Shown here in pieces: positions 51,106-63,591 of a stretch of 64,000 nucleotides of DNA. Made by a program: the position numbers and the translations under genes. The stretch is from Schmidtea polychroa (lineage: Eukaryota). The notes under the pieces are model-generated. The model worked only from the letters and a program-made list of their open reading frames with translations, searched no databases and was not told the DNA's origin. Position 1 is the stretch's first letter. Each line of letters starts with the position of its first letter. The DNA is taken from positions 14,446,001 to 14,510,000 of the forward strand of contig CM097887.1 of assembly GCA_044892525.1 (NCBI GenBank), in the 5' to 3' direction.

Positions 51106-53632
51106 AGATGTTTAAATTGAACACTGTTTTTTAGAAGTGTTAATTAATAAAAATTGTGTCTTATTAATGTAGTGTATTTTAATTATATTTTTCCTGCAAT
51201 TGTTTACAAAATTCTTTTTGACTACTTTATTTACATAATTAAATTCGAGTAATTGCCGTAGGTTAGAAATAATGCTTTCAATTTCCAGTCAAAAATACAG
51301 TTTATAGGATGATAAATATATAGATAATGTTATTACTGTAATTATGCAATTGATTTAACTAAAAATTTACAATAGTTAAATTATAAATTTTTTCATTTAC
51401 TCTTATGACAGAAAATGTTCTAGTTTTAGTGACAACAATCGATATGTAAACTAATAAAATTCTACAAATGCCTCATAAATCAAAAGTAGTCATTTTGTTG
51501 ATATGTAAATTATCTAAAAATAGATTTGTTTGTAATGCCTTTTTGAAATTTGTATTTAAACTTTATTTGGATTAAATTTCAATTATTTTCAAACTAAAAT
51601 AGTTAAACAATTGAAATTTTTTTTAAATATTTTATTTTTACAAATTAATTTATTTCAGTTATTTTATTTAACAATCATAATTTTTCTTGTAATTTCAACT
51701 CAGATTTGGGACAAATTTATTATATAATATTATAATTAGGGTTGCTTAGTTCATAAAACAAATAAATTTTTATTTATTTTTCTACATAATGAAAGATTAA
51801 ATTGTAATAAATCTAAGCTAAAACTAAGGCCAATGATATAAATGTGTAGGAGCAATTAGACTCCGTCGGAGAGAGAAAATGTTGAAACGGGAATGATGAA
51901 TGGAGACTCGGAATAATGTTGGACTATGCGTCAATTTTACTGAATCAAGCACTCAAATTTGACCAGAGCTAGGAACATGAGGAATTAGTCCCGGGAATAG
52001 ACAAATGGGAATGGGTTGTAACGAGCCAGGTCGAATAAAGTTCCGTAGAAACTACATCTGAAGAGGAGGATAAATTGAGGATGTGAGGTAAGGGGTGTGA
52101 TCATTTAGAATAAGATTACTTAAGAAAGTTAGGTATTGGACATGCAGCCATTTAGAATAGAATTGCTGAAGAAGAGGAGACTCTAATAGTTATCGAGGCA
52201 TGAGACACTGTCAAACGAAATTAGAGTCCTGCAGATTATGTGATCACTATAATCATAATTTTGTTTATTTTATTTTTAATTTATTTATCCGTAATATGTA
52301 TGGCCAGACCCGTTTGGGCGAACTTTTGGGTATTGCTGGCACTTGTGCCGATGGTAATCAGATGATTCTCGCAGATCGGCACACCGGAGGTACAGGTCTG
52401 ACACGAGAGATTTTGAAGTTCGTGTGTTTTGAAGCCAATGGATAGAGAGCAGAGGTTCTCCACATAATGAACCCAGATCTACGAATACATAAACGAAAGC
52501 CTTCCATCAATCAGCCATGATCGTAAAGATAGAATTCCACTAGCATAGAAGCCATAATTCCAACGGTCGTACTTGATTTCACCGAAACCTTTATCCAGAC
52601 GCGTATTTCCTGAAAGGGATTCGACTCAGTCATCGTCGTATGTCACCTTCTAACAAATTGACCTGTTCCGTCCAGAAAACTCGATTTTCCACGGCTAATT
52701 GATATAACCATTAGTTATTTAGTTATGAGATTCTGGAGAATTAGAGAACGCAGAATGAACATTAGAATCTCTATTTATGATGATCATCTTGCATCACCTT
52801 CTTGATAAGTAAATTGACATAACACCCGGTCTATGCTAGAACCGTTCACAGATTGTTGATATGTTCCATCCTGCCAGTTCAGAATAATCGCCGCTTTCCA
52901 TTATCATAAGGGAATGTAAACAGGAAGTCATCAACGATTCGTTGTAGATCTATCCAGATTGTTTATTTTAAAGCACTAATGACACGACGTAATCTAATCT
53001 TAAAATCAACTACATGATATCGTGATATGTACGAATAAATTTGCCTGTTAACTGAGAAAGGATATGGTCAAAGCTGTAGGTTAGATTCAATAATGATGTC
53101 GAATAATAAAATGAACCGTGGTCTTAAAAATGCACTACTATAAAGCTAAAGGTTTTTAAGGTAACAAAACGGGTTGAGGTGCGAAGGTCGTCCCTGTAAC
53201 ATTTGTGTCTATTTTCTTTTATTTATTTTTTATACTAATTATTTTCAGGTCCAAAAGTTGTTAATTGCGTACAACAAATTTCACGATTAAGAAAATTAAG
53301 GGTACTCTAGAGTGGTTTGCTCGGGATGTTGTTTATATCTTATGCTGTTTGGTATGATCACATAAAATCAGGCCCATTATGAAATGATTTATAAACCTTT
53401 GTAAAACCCACCGAACTGTCGAAAAGTAAAATAAATGCCCACGACCTGCGATCAAATCTCACTCCCAAATAAACGTAATTATATAATTGAGTTCGATAAA
53501 ATGCGACGGAAAGGGGTCACATTATCCAGTAGCGATAATATTTAAGGAGGATTGATTAAGTATATGCGTATGAGGAATGATGTAAAAATTTATTTGGTAA
53601 AGATCTTGATTTCTTTTTTAAATTTCCAGCTT

Positions 53633-54422
53633 ATGTCGGAACCGAATCTACCAGCACGCGCCCCGAAACCCTATTTTTTGAGCGCCGACAAAATCGCGAA
53701 CTTGCGACAATTGAATGAATATATAAGGGTCCTGAAGAAGCGTATCGATAAGCTAGAAGGCACGTGGTTCTCCCAGCCACTTATGAAAAAAGCAAACAAG
53801 AAGATCTTGCGACTTGAGCACTGCCGTGACAGCCTGCTCGAGGAGAGCCGATGTCAGCGGCTCACCATCAAGGTCCAGTCCGAGGCCCTTCACCGAGTCT
53901 ACTCAGAAGCGGAATTAAAACGTCGCACCAATGAATACCCGCTAGCGGACAAATTAAAAACTTTTCCAATCCATCACCAAACAGACGAGACTAGTGTCCA
54001 GTCCACCTCCAAATGCCACGGTCATGGCCCAGAGACACCTCCTATCGTCGCTCTGTCATAGTTAGTATAGGACCTACGGGAATGCAGTCGGTCCACACTA
54101 ATGTCGCGACATCACCAGTCTTACCAACAAAGCAGCAAGGCATTCCGTTGCAGTATAATTCCCGGAAAAGGAAACATCTGACCCGAGTGGAACGGTTAAA
54201 AAGCGTGGAGACGAGATCGCCGCATTAGAAGCCACTCTGTTTGCCGTCAAGGAGGCTAGCAAAAATCCGCCCCCGCGTAATCTCATCGCATCACACACAA
54301 CGACTCCTTATCGAATAATTCCGTCATCTGTACCTATACTCTTTTGTGACCCACACTTGCAGACAGACATCGACACCATGGTGGAGGAGTATGAAATGCC
54401 ATCGATAAATCCAGATTCGTAG
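53633..54422 (+). pseudogene. EGTWFSP-family copy F6 (two frameshifts in the 3' half)
   Basis: MSEPNLPARAPKP..ADK..LKKRIDKLEGTWFSQPLMKKANKKILRLEHCRDSLLEESRCQRLTIK; later frames give NSRKRKHLTRVER and KRGDEIAALEATL..YRIIP..DPHLQTDIDTM; TTTTTTAAATTTCCAG acceptor 3 nt before the ATG. Confidence 0.8.
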
Positions 54423-54672
54423 CCAGACGAAAACCTATGCTCGAAATAGAGGCAGCTGTAAGCATCTGAATTGATGTGTGTTGAGTAACAAAATAGTGTG
54501 AGCCAATTAGTTGATATCCTTGATGATTGTGTGTATATTTTGTATTGGATTTAATATAATTTGTTGGAAAATGACTTGTGTTATCACGTTTTTGTCATGT
54601 GAGTTCCTACCGGAAGGTGTTTTTCTCCAAATAAGCGGTCATACTGGAACGAGAACTTGAAAACAGTCTTAC

Positions 54673-54854
54673 TTGGACCAGAGGCATGTTATAACTGACA
54701 GAGGCGAGTAAAATGGATGTAAATCCTTCTACGGCATTCACGAACCCGAATGGTGAATACTGTGAGGAGTAGTCCTAACACAGCGTCTCACCTGCTCACA
54801 GATTCCAACCCATGTGTACAGTACCAACATGATTCGTCGTCATGGGTACACATG
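54673..54854 (+). ncRNA. Conserved structured RNA motif, copy R6
   Basis: UUGGACCAGAG; CC UUCUAC GG; UGUGAG-GAGUAGUCCUAACACAGCGUCUCACCUG-CUCACA; CAUGUGUAC-AGUACCAA-CAUGA..UCAUG-G-GUACACAUG. Confidence 0.75.
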
Positions 54855-55509
54855 AGGGAGAATACTGTCGAATCATAATTCGGCGTTTAGGAAGGAGTCC
54901 CCTACGAAATGACTATCATCACCACTAAATGACCATCCTCGTGACACATCCTTAAGCGCCCAACAGGCGAATAAACGAATTACTATTGTAAACAATTTAG
55001 AGAAAAAGTGGTGAAAAGAGGATAATTAAAAGAGAACTATTTATTCGCTATGTATTTTTTACTAAACGCTATGCATTTTATAAACACTTTCTATGTAGAT
55101 AAATACACAGTATCAGTAGAGTAAAACACTTTTATATTAATTAATTAATTCTAGATATTTAATACATTCACTAAGTAACTAATTAAAAACTATGTAAAAT
55201 AAATAAATGTCAAGTCAAGAAAATAAGTTATAAGTAAAAACAAAAAAAAGATATGTAAATTAATAAAATCCATCAATAAATCTTAATTTTTTCTAAGATG
55301 TTCTTAGATCTTATTTTTTTTCGACAATTATTACAAACTTTCAATAAAGCGGTATGTTTTTCTACGTAAAGTCTTAGAACTCTAATCATTTTGTTTAAGT
55401 CTTTTTTTTTCATGTGATCTGATTTAATTTATTATCCAAGTTTCTGAATATTTATTAGCCCAAATATTTATTTATTATAAACAAAATTTAAACAAATACT
55501 GAACTTATA

Positions 55510-57200
55510 ATGGCTAATAATTTTGCAGAAGTTGAAGATTATCAGTCTGATCTTGAGTTTGATGTTGAAGTTACAAGTTTAAAGAAACCACGAGCCAAAA
55601 AAAGTGTCCAAAGTTTGGACTCATGAAAAAGTATTTAAAAGTGCTGAAGAAGCAAAAAATGCAATTAAAGAAGAGAAGATATGGAGTTACTCTTATTCCA
55701 ACAAAGCTGAAGATGGTAAAAACGTTTACTATCGATGCAATCAAGTTAAATTTAAAGGCAAGCAATGTGATTCTGCATTACATTTACTTTACGACTCAAG
55801 ATCAGACGAAGTTATTCTCTTTAGGGCAGAAGCTGAGCATAAGCATGAAGAAAACATGTCTAAATCTGCAATATCTAACTAAGCTAATGAACTAATTAAA
55901 GAGTTGTTTAAGCTTAAAATAAAACCTAAGAGAATGTTAGAAATCTTTCATGAACGAGGTATAAAGCCTGTACATAATTATACTATACAATTAAGAAATC
56001 AATTAAACAAGATTAGAAATGAAGTTTACGGGCCATCAGTAATAAGTTTAGGTGAGCTTGAAAATTGACTTCAATCATCATCTTCTATACCAGAGTTAGA
56101 AGATGAAGCCTTTGTAGTCAATTATAAAATAACTTATGCCGATGAATATGAGTGTGAAGAGAGTAATGAAGAAAGCGATGAAGATGAAGAAAACCACGGC
56201 TCTAAATTTAGATTTTTTATAAGTACAATAAGATTACTTAAGCTCTAGCCTCAGCATCAACAATTTTAAATGCTGATGCAACTTATAAACTGGTTTGGCA
56301 GGGCTATCCAATTTTAATCATTGGTACAACCGATTTAGATAGGCATTTTCATTCGTTTGGCCTAGGTATATGTACCAATGAAAAAACTGCTGATTTTAAT
56401 TTTATTTTTTCAAGTATCAATATTGGCTTGAAAAAAATAAATGCATAATTATTCAATCCTCGTGTATTGATTTCTGATGCTTCTAACGCTATACGTAAAG
56501 CTTATTCACAAGTTTTTAATAAAAATGAAATTGTGATATGTTCGGCACATATGCGTAGAAATTCTGTCAAAAAAATAGAGTCTTTAGTAGCTAAAGAAGA
56601 CCAAAACGAATTAATTGAAGATGTAGATCAACTTCAATTGTCACAAAGCCAAGTCATTTTTGAAAAAGCAAGTTCTCTATTTGTTAAAAAATAGAGACAA
56701 AAAAAAGCGACTGAGTTTTTAGACTATATGAATATGATGTGGCTTACGACACACAATACTTGGTATGAAGGATACATGCCCCTCACGCCAAGTACTAACA
56801 ATAATCTAGAGTCTAATAATCGAGTTCTTAAAGACGAAGAAACTATTAGAGAGCGCACACCATGATCTAGATTTAGCAAACAAGCTTTAGATATTGTTAA
56901 AAAGTGGTCTGAAGGAGTTTATTACAAAACAATCAATCGACACAGAATTATGGACACAGTCTTATTAATGGGCTAAAGAAAGCAAAGCAATTCTTTCGGT
57001 GCCCCAAGAACAGTCGACAACTACTATGTTTCAGCTAGTGACGCAACTATAACTCAAGAAGACATTGACAAAGTTGAAAAAATGCGCTGGACAACATTCG
57101 ATCAATTTACGAAGCGAGTTTTTACTGCCTGGCGCATTAATTTACCAAACGATAAAGCCAATTGGGCCGACGGTCAGTGCAATTGTCCAGCAAAACAAAA
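55510..57200 (+). mobile_element. Decayed MULE transposase
   Basis: YYRC...C..........H.H finger, NADATYKL..QGYP...GTTD..RHFH..G, LISDAS.AI..A...V....C.AHM.RN, STNNNLESNN.VLKD and SWIM-like CNCP; many stops and frameshifts; TIRs not identified. Confidence 0.85.
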
Positions 57201-58229
57201 ACAACCAAAAATGCAAAAAAATAACAATTAACAAACTAGAAACTCAACACAAATACCACACAGAAAGAAATTCTNNNNNNNNNNNNNNNNNNNNNNNNNN
57301 NNNNNNNNNNNNNNNNNNNNNNNNNNNNNNNNNNNNNNNNNNNNNNNNNNNNNNNNNNNNNNNNNNNNNNNNNNNNNNNNNNNNNNNNNNNNNNNNNNNN
57401 NNNNNNNNNNNNNNNACAACAAGTTCCACAAACCACCAAACTACAATAACTACAAAAAATTCAAATAGAAGAAGTCACAACAACCGATCCCTAAAGTCAA
57501 TTTAAATGAAATATCAGCAGAAGAAACGAGAAATAAACGAGGAGGAATTTTTGAAAAAACAAATTAGGATTAGTTGTAATAGATTGTTGTATTCTAACCG
57601 TCATTGTGGTTTTCAGTGATATTTCAATTAAGCTTTGTTTCCTTAGGAGTCATTGTTATTCCCGTAGCGCCGGACGAAGTATATTTTAAAAAAACTATAT
57701 AGCGATAATTGACTATAGTAAATTTATAGTAATTTACACTGTAATAAAAAAATAAAAAAATTATTAAAAAAATAGAATTAAAATTATTACTAATCACGGT
57801 CGAAAATTAATCTGTCGTGTGGAATAAAAGAAATACAAAAACCTGATTATCTGGAAACAAGAAAGTTCTAAATTATCAAAAGTTATTAAAGGAAGGAATT
57901 AACCCTTTCGAATATAATCAAGTTCCAAAAGCAATTTTCGCTTAATTCAATTAATCGGAGAAAAACAGAAGTCCGAAAAAAATATATAAACCCAGTTGGA
58001 CTAAAGACAAAACAAAGTGGAAAATAATCGAAAACTATTAACAAAGAAATTTTATCTAATTCAAGTATCATTTTCTCTATTAATAAATTTGAAAAATTTT
58101 ATTTTATTATTATCTGTATTATTACACGCACCATGATTGTCACGCTACATATTTTATAGGTGACTCTATCAAGCTCTACAAATCTTCTTAACATAAATTG
58201 GCAACTGAAAATAATAATCGACATAATAC

Positions 58230-58659
58230 CAGGGACGACTCTACCATATAGGCGAATTAGGTGGCCGCCTAGGGTGCAAAATATTTTTCTAAATTATTTC
58301 TCGAATATAAAAAAAAATCTCGGATTTAGTGAAAGATTTTGCAAAAATGAAGGCAAGAAAAGTGGATTTTTAATGAAAATTATTATGATATCTTTAATTT
58401 TTCTCTTTCACAATTGTCACTCCTATATTATTTTGTACTATTATTTATGTATTTTGAAACTGCATATATTATTATATTTTGAAATGGACAAATGTTTTAT
58501 TTCACTCAATAAAAAATTTATTATGGAATACCTACTCGTTGAATTAAGAAATTTAAATTATTAAAACATAATGTTTCAGTTGGCATTCTTTAAGGTAGGC
58601 GCTTCATAAAAACTCGCCTAGGGAGCTAGGCTTGGACAAAATTTCTTGAGCCGCCCCTG
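58230..58659. mobile_element. hAT-type MITE
   Basis: CAGGGACGACTC / GAGCCGCCCCTG imperfect TIRs; flanks CATAATAC / CATAATTT (6/8); internal AGGCGAAT..CGCCTAGG motifs. Confidence 0.7.
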
Positions 58660-59639
58660 CATAATTTATAAAAAATAACTATAAATAGGGTAAATAAATA
58701 AGATAAAATCACCAGAAAACTCATAACAGTAGTCAACAGAATTCAAAAGTAAAATTCCACTATTTATTGTGAATAAATATGTTGAGGTAAAATTAATTTG
58801 TTAGCATGTTCTTGTCTCAAGGCCAATAAATTTTTACTTTTCATTCGACTCATTTTTAGGAAATTATAGGTAGAATATTTAGGTACCGGATCGAAGGATC
58901 ACTCGTTCAAAGATTCCGACTTTATTTTTTTAGTTAATTAAATGAATTTAACAATATTTCAATTTCAGAGAGCTTTTATGGCTTTAATGCGATGTGTAGG
59001 AAGAATGATGAAAGGGGAATCTAAAATGTTTTTGAGCCAGACGAGGGGACTGGAATTCAAATATTATAAATGACATTTTGGAAAAGCAGAAGTGATGATG
59101 TTTGGAAGGTTTCAATTAATTTTTTCATTTCTCGTTTTCTTTTGTTTAAATTTTATATAATTTTTTTAATATTTAACTCTTAAACAATTTTTTGCTATTG
59201 AAATAATTTATGGCAATTTTTTTCAATTAATGACATGTACAATACACACCAAGTAATCACGAACGGACGGATACCCGAAAGTGGTCAGACCTACTCCTGG
59301 TCGTCATGCGAAAAAGGTTCGAGTGAGACCGGTAGGCAAGACTCGAAACCTTGTTTCCCGGCTGAATCTCTTAAATTGACAACTAAAGTGGAGCGAGAGT
59401 ACACAAATTAAACTGTAGAACACAAAATTTGAGCAGACAAGTGGAAAGAGCAGTTGAATAAATTCCGCAAGGCAAGAGAAATGACAATAAGAAGGAAAGG
59501 AAAACTGAGCCAAAATCACGATTAGAAAAGATGGATGCCCCCATGAGTTATTAAATGTTCATTATTGATAATTACGTTATATTGCTATTATGGATGGGGT
59601 AGTATTAATACCATCAACGCTTTTAATTTAAACTTAATA

Positions 59640-60020
59640 AGCATATTTGCAGTGGATCTGATAGCGAAATTCCGTATAGAAGTAGGAAACACTATAAGTT
59701 GGAAGCAGTTTGCGAAGCCGAGATGGCCGAATCTATGGGACTGGAAATGCAGCAGAATTGAAGCGACATGGTTACGACCCGAAAATGTGCGCAAATTGAA
59801 CCAAAGGATCAAAGCAGTCGAGAATCAAGGGATCGTTCGAGATTTCAAGATCACGATTCGAAAACAGGCACAGAAGATCATCGAGCTTTGTGTCGGGATC
59901 CACACGAATTATACGGAGACCAAATTATTTCCGGCGATTGCAGCGTTAATTTCAAAAATTCCTGCAGTTGCTTCAAGTGATAAAAGGCCATGTACACCAA
60001 GGCCAGTAAGGTTTGAGTGA
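59640..60020 (+). pseudogene. Distant EGTWFSP-family relative F7
   Basis: RIEATWLRPENVRKLNQRIKAVE...KITIRKQAQKI aligns with EGTWFSPPQMKEERKKILRLE...RLTIKAQSEAL; 5' part appears frameshifted; no downstream RNA motif seen (an LTR starts 90 nt later). Confidence 0.5.
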
Positions 60021-60109
60021 AGGAGATTCTGGGAACTGAAAATGAATCGGAACACTGATCAGAAAAAATGAGAAAACATTATTTTTACTGTGCTTTGTTT
60101 TATTGCTTG

Positions 60110-60837
60110 TGTTGAGGATACCTAAAAATAACAAATTTATAAATAAATAAATAAAATTACCTAGGGGAAGATCGTCATGACAAGCGGGACGATCTATGGG
60201 AACTCAGAAAAGAAAACAGAAGAAAAAAGAAATGAGAAATGAGAAATAGGAATGAAACAAAAGACATCAGATATGAAAACAAAAACAAAGGTCAGTACTA
60301 ATTAATTAGTACAAAAAGGAAAAGGAATTTCGAAATCGGGAAAATAGAAAAACAAAACAAAAAACAGGGCGGAGCCGCAACAGGGAAAATAAGAAAGTAT
60401 GTCGACAGCTATCAAATATAACTCGGTCGCAGGAAAAATTGGGAAATCACGTTGAAGAAAAAAATTGGGAAATTAAAGATAAACTGAAGTGCCACAAAGT
60501 AACGAGGTATAAAAGAGGAAGCACAGCAGAAGCAAGCAGAACAATTTAGAGAACAATTTGTAGGAACAATTTTATCACCAATCTAATAACCCAACAAAAT
60601 TTGGTGAGCCAGACGTGATCAAAGATTAGTGAAAAGAGTATAGAAAAGAAAAATTGTGAAAATAAAGTGTGATAAATTGAAATTATTAAAGTGATTGTGA
60701 AAGGTAAATTATTTATTGTAATAATAATTTGAGATTTGGATTTTGTGCAATTTGAGAAAATAATTTACTAAAGTGAATCGATATAATTTCCGAAGCAAGA
60801 AAAAAAAGAAACCTCTAATGAAGATTTGCCAGTTTCA
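60110..60837 (+). mobile_element. Probable solo LTR
   Basis: TGTTGAGG...GTTTCA termini like 35791-36766; internal TATAAAAGAGG and AATAAA; TSD only 3/4 (CTTG/GTTG). Confidence 0.45.
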
Positions 60838-61008
60838 GTTGTTAAAGAAAATAATAATTTTACCAGTTGTCAAAGATTGCCAGTAGAGCAATATGGAGGC
60901 GATCCAGTTATTTTTGTTGATTTTATGAGCGATTACTATATGTATGCAACGGCTTATGGATGGTCTCAAGCAATCATGATTCAGAGATAGTAGAATGAAG
61001 TGTGCTCC

Positions 61009-62362
61009 ATGAGTCATCGTTTCTTTGTCATTTTTGCACAACCCCGATGACTCATCGAAATGACTCATCAATGACTGATCAAGGGCATTCTATTTTTAGT
61101 AACTAGGTCAAGGTCAATCTATTTTAGTAACTAGGTTACGTGATCAAGGTCATTCTATTTTTAGTAACAAATACCTCTATTTTAGTAAAATTTTGGATCC
61201 GATCATTAATCTGATCACTGATCCTAAGACTCATCAAGGTCATTCAAGGCATATGACTCATCCTTTTTAAACAAAGACATATAGACAAAGACATTTAACA
61301 AACAATTAAACAAAGACATTTAAACGAGGACATTTAAACAAAGACATTTGAACAAAGACAATGACTCATCGATGACTAAAATTAGCTGACTAAAATTAAA
61401 TTGGAGCGAGCCGTCAAAGGAGACGGGCAATTTCCTCAAAGCGAATTAGAGCTACAAGAGGAAGCCCGCGGGAAAGTTGGATTCAGACTAATTGGATAAA
61501 ATAAAATCAATTACAAAATAGGTATAAAAAGCGACCGGCAAGAAAACAGAATTGCCAGTTGGTTGAAGAAAAAGAAAACAAGAAGTTTAGCGAGAGCGAC
61601 AAAGAAAACGTTAAAGTTAGTAGCAATTGAATAATTTTGAACGTACCAGAAAGGTTTTTTTAATTTTGAACGTATCCCAGCGTGAAATTTGTAGTTGTAT
61701 TGAAAAGCGCAGACCAAAAAAAGGGTTGTATCAAGTGTGGTTGAATTAATAAAAAGTGTAACCAAAGTGTAAAAGATTTTTGTGTTGGGTTGATTACTAA
61801 TTTCGAAAAGAACACAAAAGAGTCAGACAGTGATACCGACTTGTACAAAATACCCAACAGACATTTAAACAAAAACAATGACTCATCACACGACTCATCA
61901 TCTATTTTTTAGAACAAAGACAATGCATAATTTATTTTTAGAACAAAAACAATGACTCATGAAAACAGGACTCCACTAGAACAAAGATGTTATTATTATT
62001 ATTAATATCGTTATTACTATTATTATTTTCAAAGTTAATCCATAAAACATAGTAATTTCATAAAAAACATAACCAAATCTGATATTGGTTTTATAATTTT
62101 CTTCATAAAAACATATTCATTTTCTTCATAATTCATAACAATATTGGTTTCATAACAAAATTTATTTCATAATTCATACAAATTGGTTTCATAATTCCTA
62201 AAAAAACATAATAATTAAAATTTACCTATCGATCTACTAGCGTTTTGAATAAATGAATTACATAGCATAGAGTATATGTAACGTCTATACAATCAGAATA
62301 CCAATAGAATAGGGAAATATACGCACACATACTCTATGCTTTGTTTTAAAATGATGAGTCAT
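61009..62362. repeat. Array of ATGA(C/G)TCAT palindromes with AAACAAAGACATTT and TATTTTAGTAAC tandem units
   Basis: ATGASTCAT at about 61009, 61047, 61060, 61253, 61361, 61878, 61952 and 62354, plus near variants. Confidence 0.8.
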
Positions 62363-63139
62363 CGACTACTCACATAGTAACAAATAATATCTTTGTTACT
62401 CACATAAAGATATCCTTGTGTCTTTGTTTAATTTACACGTGTCATGTCTTTATATGAATAATAAAATTAATAATATTTATGCCAATAATAATAATTATAA
62501 TAATAATAATAAGATATCAAACAAAAGGTAATTCAAGGGTGAGTATGATGGTTGTTGAAAAGTTCGATGATGTATATTTATGTATTTATGTTTGTAGATG
62601 TGTGTATGTCAGGGAGATTTGAAGAGCCCAGCCAAGTCTCCTTTAAAAAGAACTGTCTCGTGACAGTTGGGGTGAATGTATGTATGGTGAAAGACAAATA
62701 TTTATTAAGAAAACAAACAATAACAATTTTAGGATTTAAAAAATTTTATTTACAAAACAATAAAAGAAAAACCTCACTGTACTCTTTGTTAGTTTTCGAC
62801 TTTTTTCTTCTCTAACATTTTTCGTTAATGTCTGTTAAATACAAATTCGAATAAAAGAAATACAAGTTACAAACAATATTTCTAGGAAAATTTATCAAAA
62901 GGAATAAATTTTGTTAATTTTAGGGTATTTGATTTACTTCCTCCTTTATTAATTTCGTTAAGATTTGTTATATACAAATATAATTATTTCGTTCCAAAAA
63001 ATATTTCTGAGAAATATTTACCAAAACGAATAGATTTAGGACATGAATTCAGTTTTTAAATAGAACCGTACTTAGACGAATTTTCTTAGAGATACAAAAA
63101 TAAATTTTTTATTGGCTTTTTATTTTGTGTCAATTTTTC

Positions 63140-63175
63140 TATAGCGATAATTTACTATAGTAAATTATCGCTATA
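63140..63175. repeat. Perfect 36-bp palindrome
   Basis: TATAGCGATAATTTACTATAGTAAATTATCGCTATA equals its own reverse complement; a partial copy is at 57697-57726. Confidence 0.95.
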
Positions 63176-63360
63176 TTGTTTTTTTATTTTTTAAATTTTT
63201 TCTACACGCAACAAGCGACTATTAGAACTACAATCCATATTAAACAATAAAAAAATATAGTATAACAGTATATTACAATGGTCATACCCTCGAAGGTGTA
63301 TGGTGGGACCTCGACCTTCAAAGGGCCAAAAACCTTCGAATTTTTTAAAAGCTTATAATT

Positions 63361-63591
63361 GGTGGGTTACAGGTGACCAACATTTTACCTTGTCGTGCTG
63401 TTTCCAGCGTAACCCAGAATACAATAGTGTGTTACCATTTGATAGCCGTTGAGTGATCAACTTTGGTGATGTATCAAGGGTTTGAGTACCAGCAAAAAGT
63501 GAACATACCGCCGTATACTATAGTTGTCAGGTACTCATGGTGGTTCGCGAACTGCCGATAGAAGGCGTGTGTCCGACTTCCTTTAGGTCCC
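63361..63591 (-). ncRNA. Conserved structured RNA motif, copy R8 (same subfamily as R1)
   Basis: GGAC-ACAC-GCC UUCUAUC GGC-AGUUC; GAGUACC..GGUACUC; UUGAUA..AUCACCAA..GUUGA/UCAAC..UAUCAA; UGGGUUAC..GUAACCCA. Confidence 0.7.

Noticed and set aside
3180-57505. ORFs containing X runs (3180, 5846-6145, 31373-31781, 32505, 36764, 57065-57439)
   Set aside because: Artefacts of translating through N gaps and low-complexity flanks.
59310-59360. Hairpin GAAAAAGGTTCGAGTGAG...CTCGAAACC resembling domain II of R3
   Set aside because: Domains I and III absent and orientation inconsistent with F7; similarity too short to call.
61060-61370. CRISPR-like repeat array
   Set aside because: Eukaryotic context, irregular spacing, no unique constant-length spacers and no cas genes.
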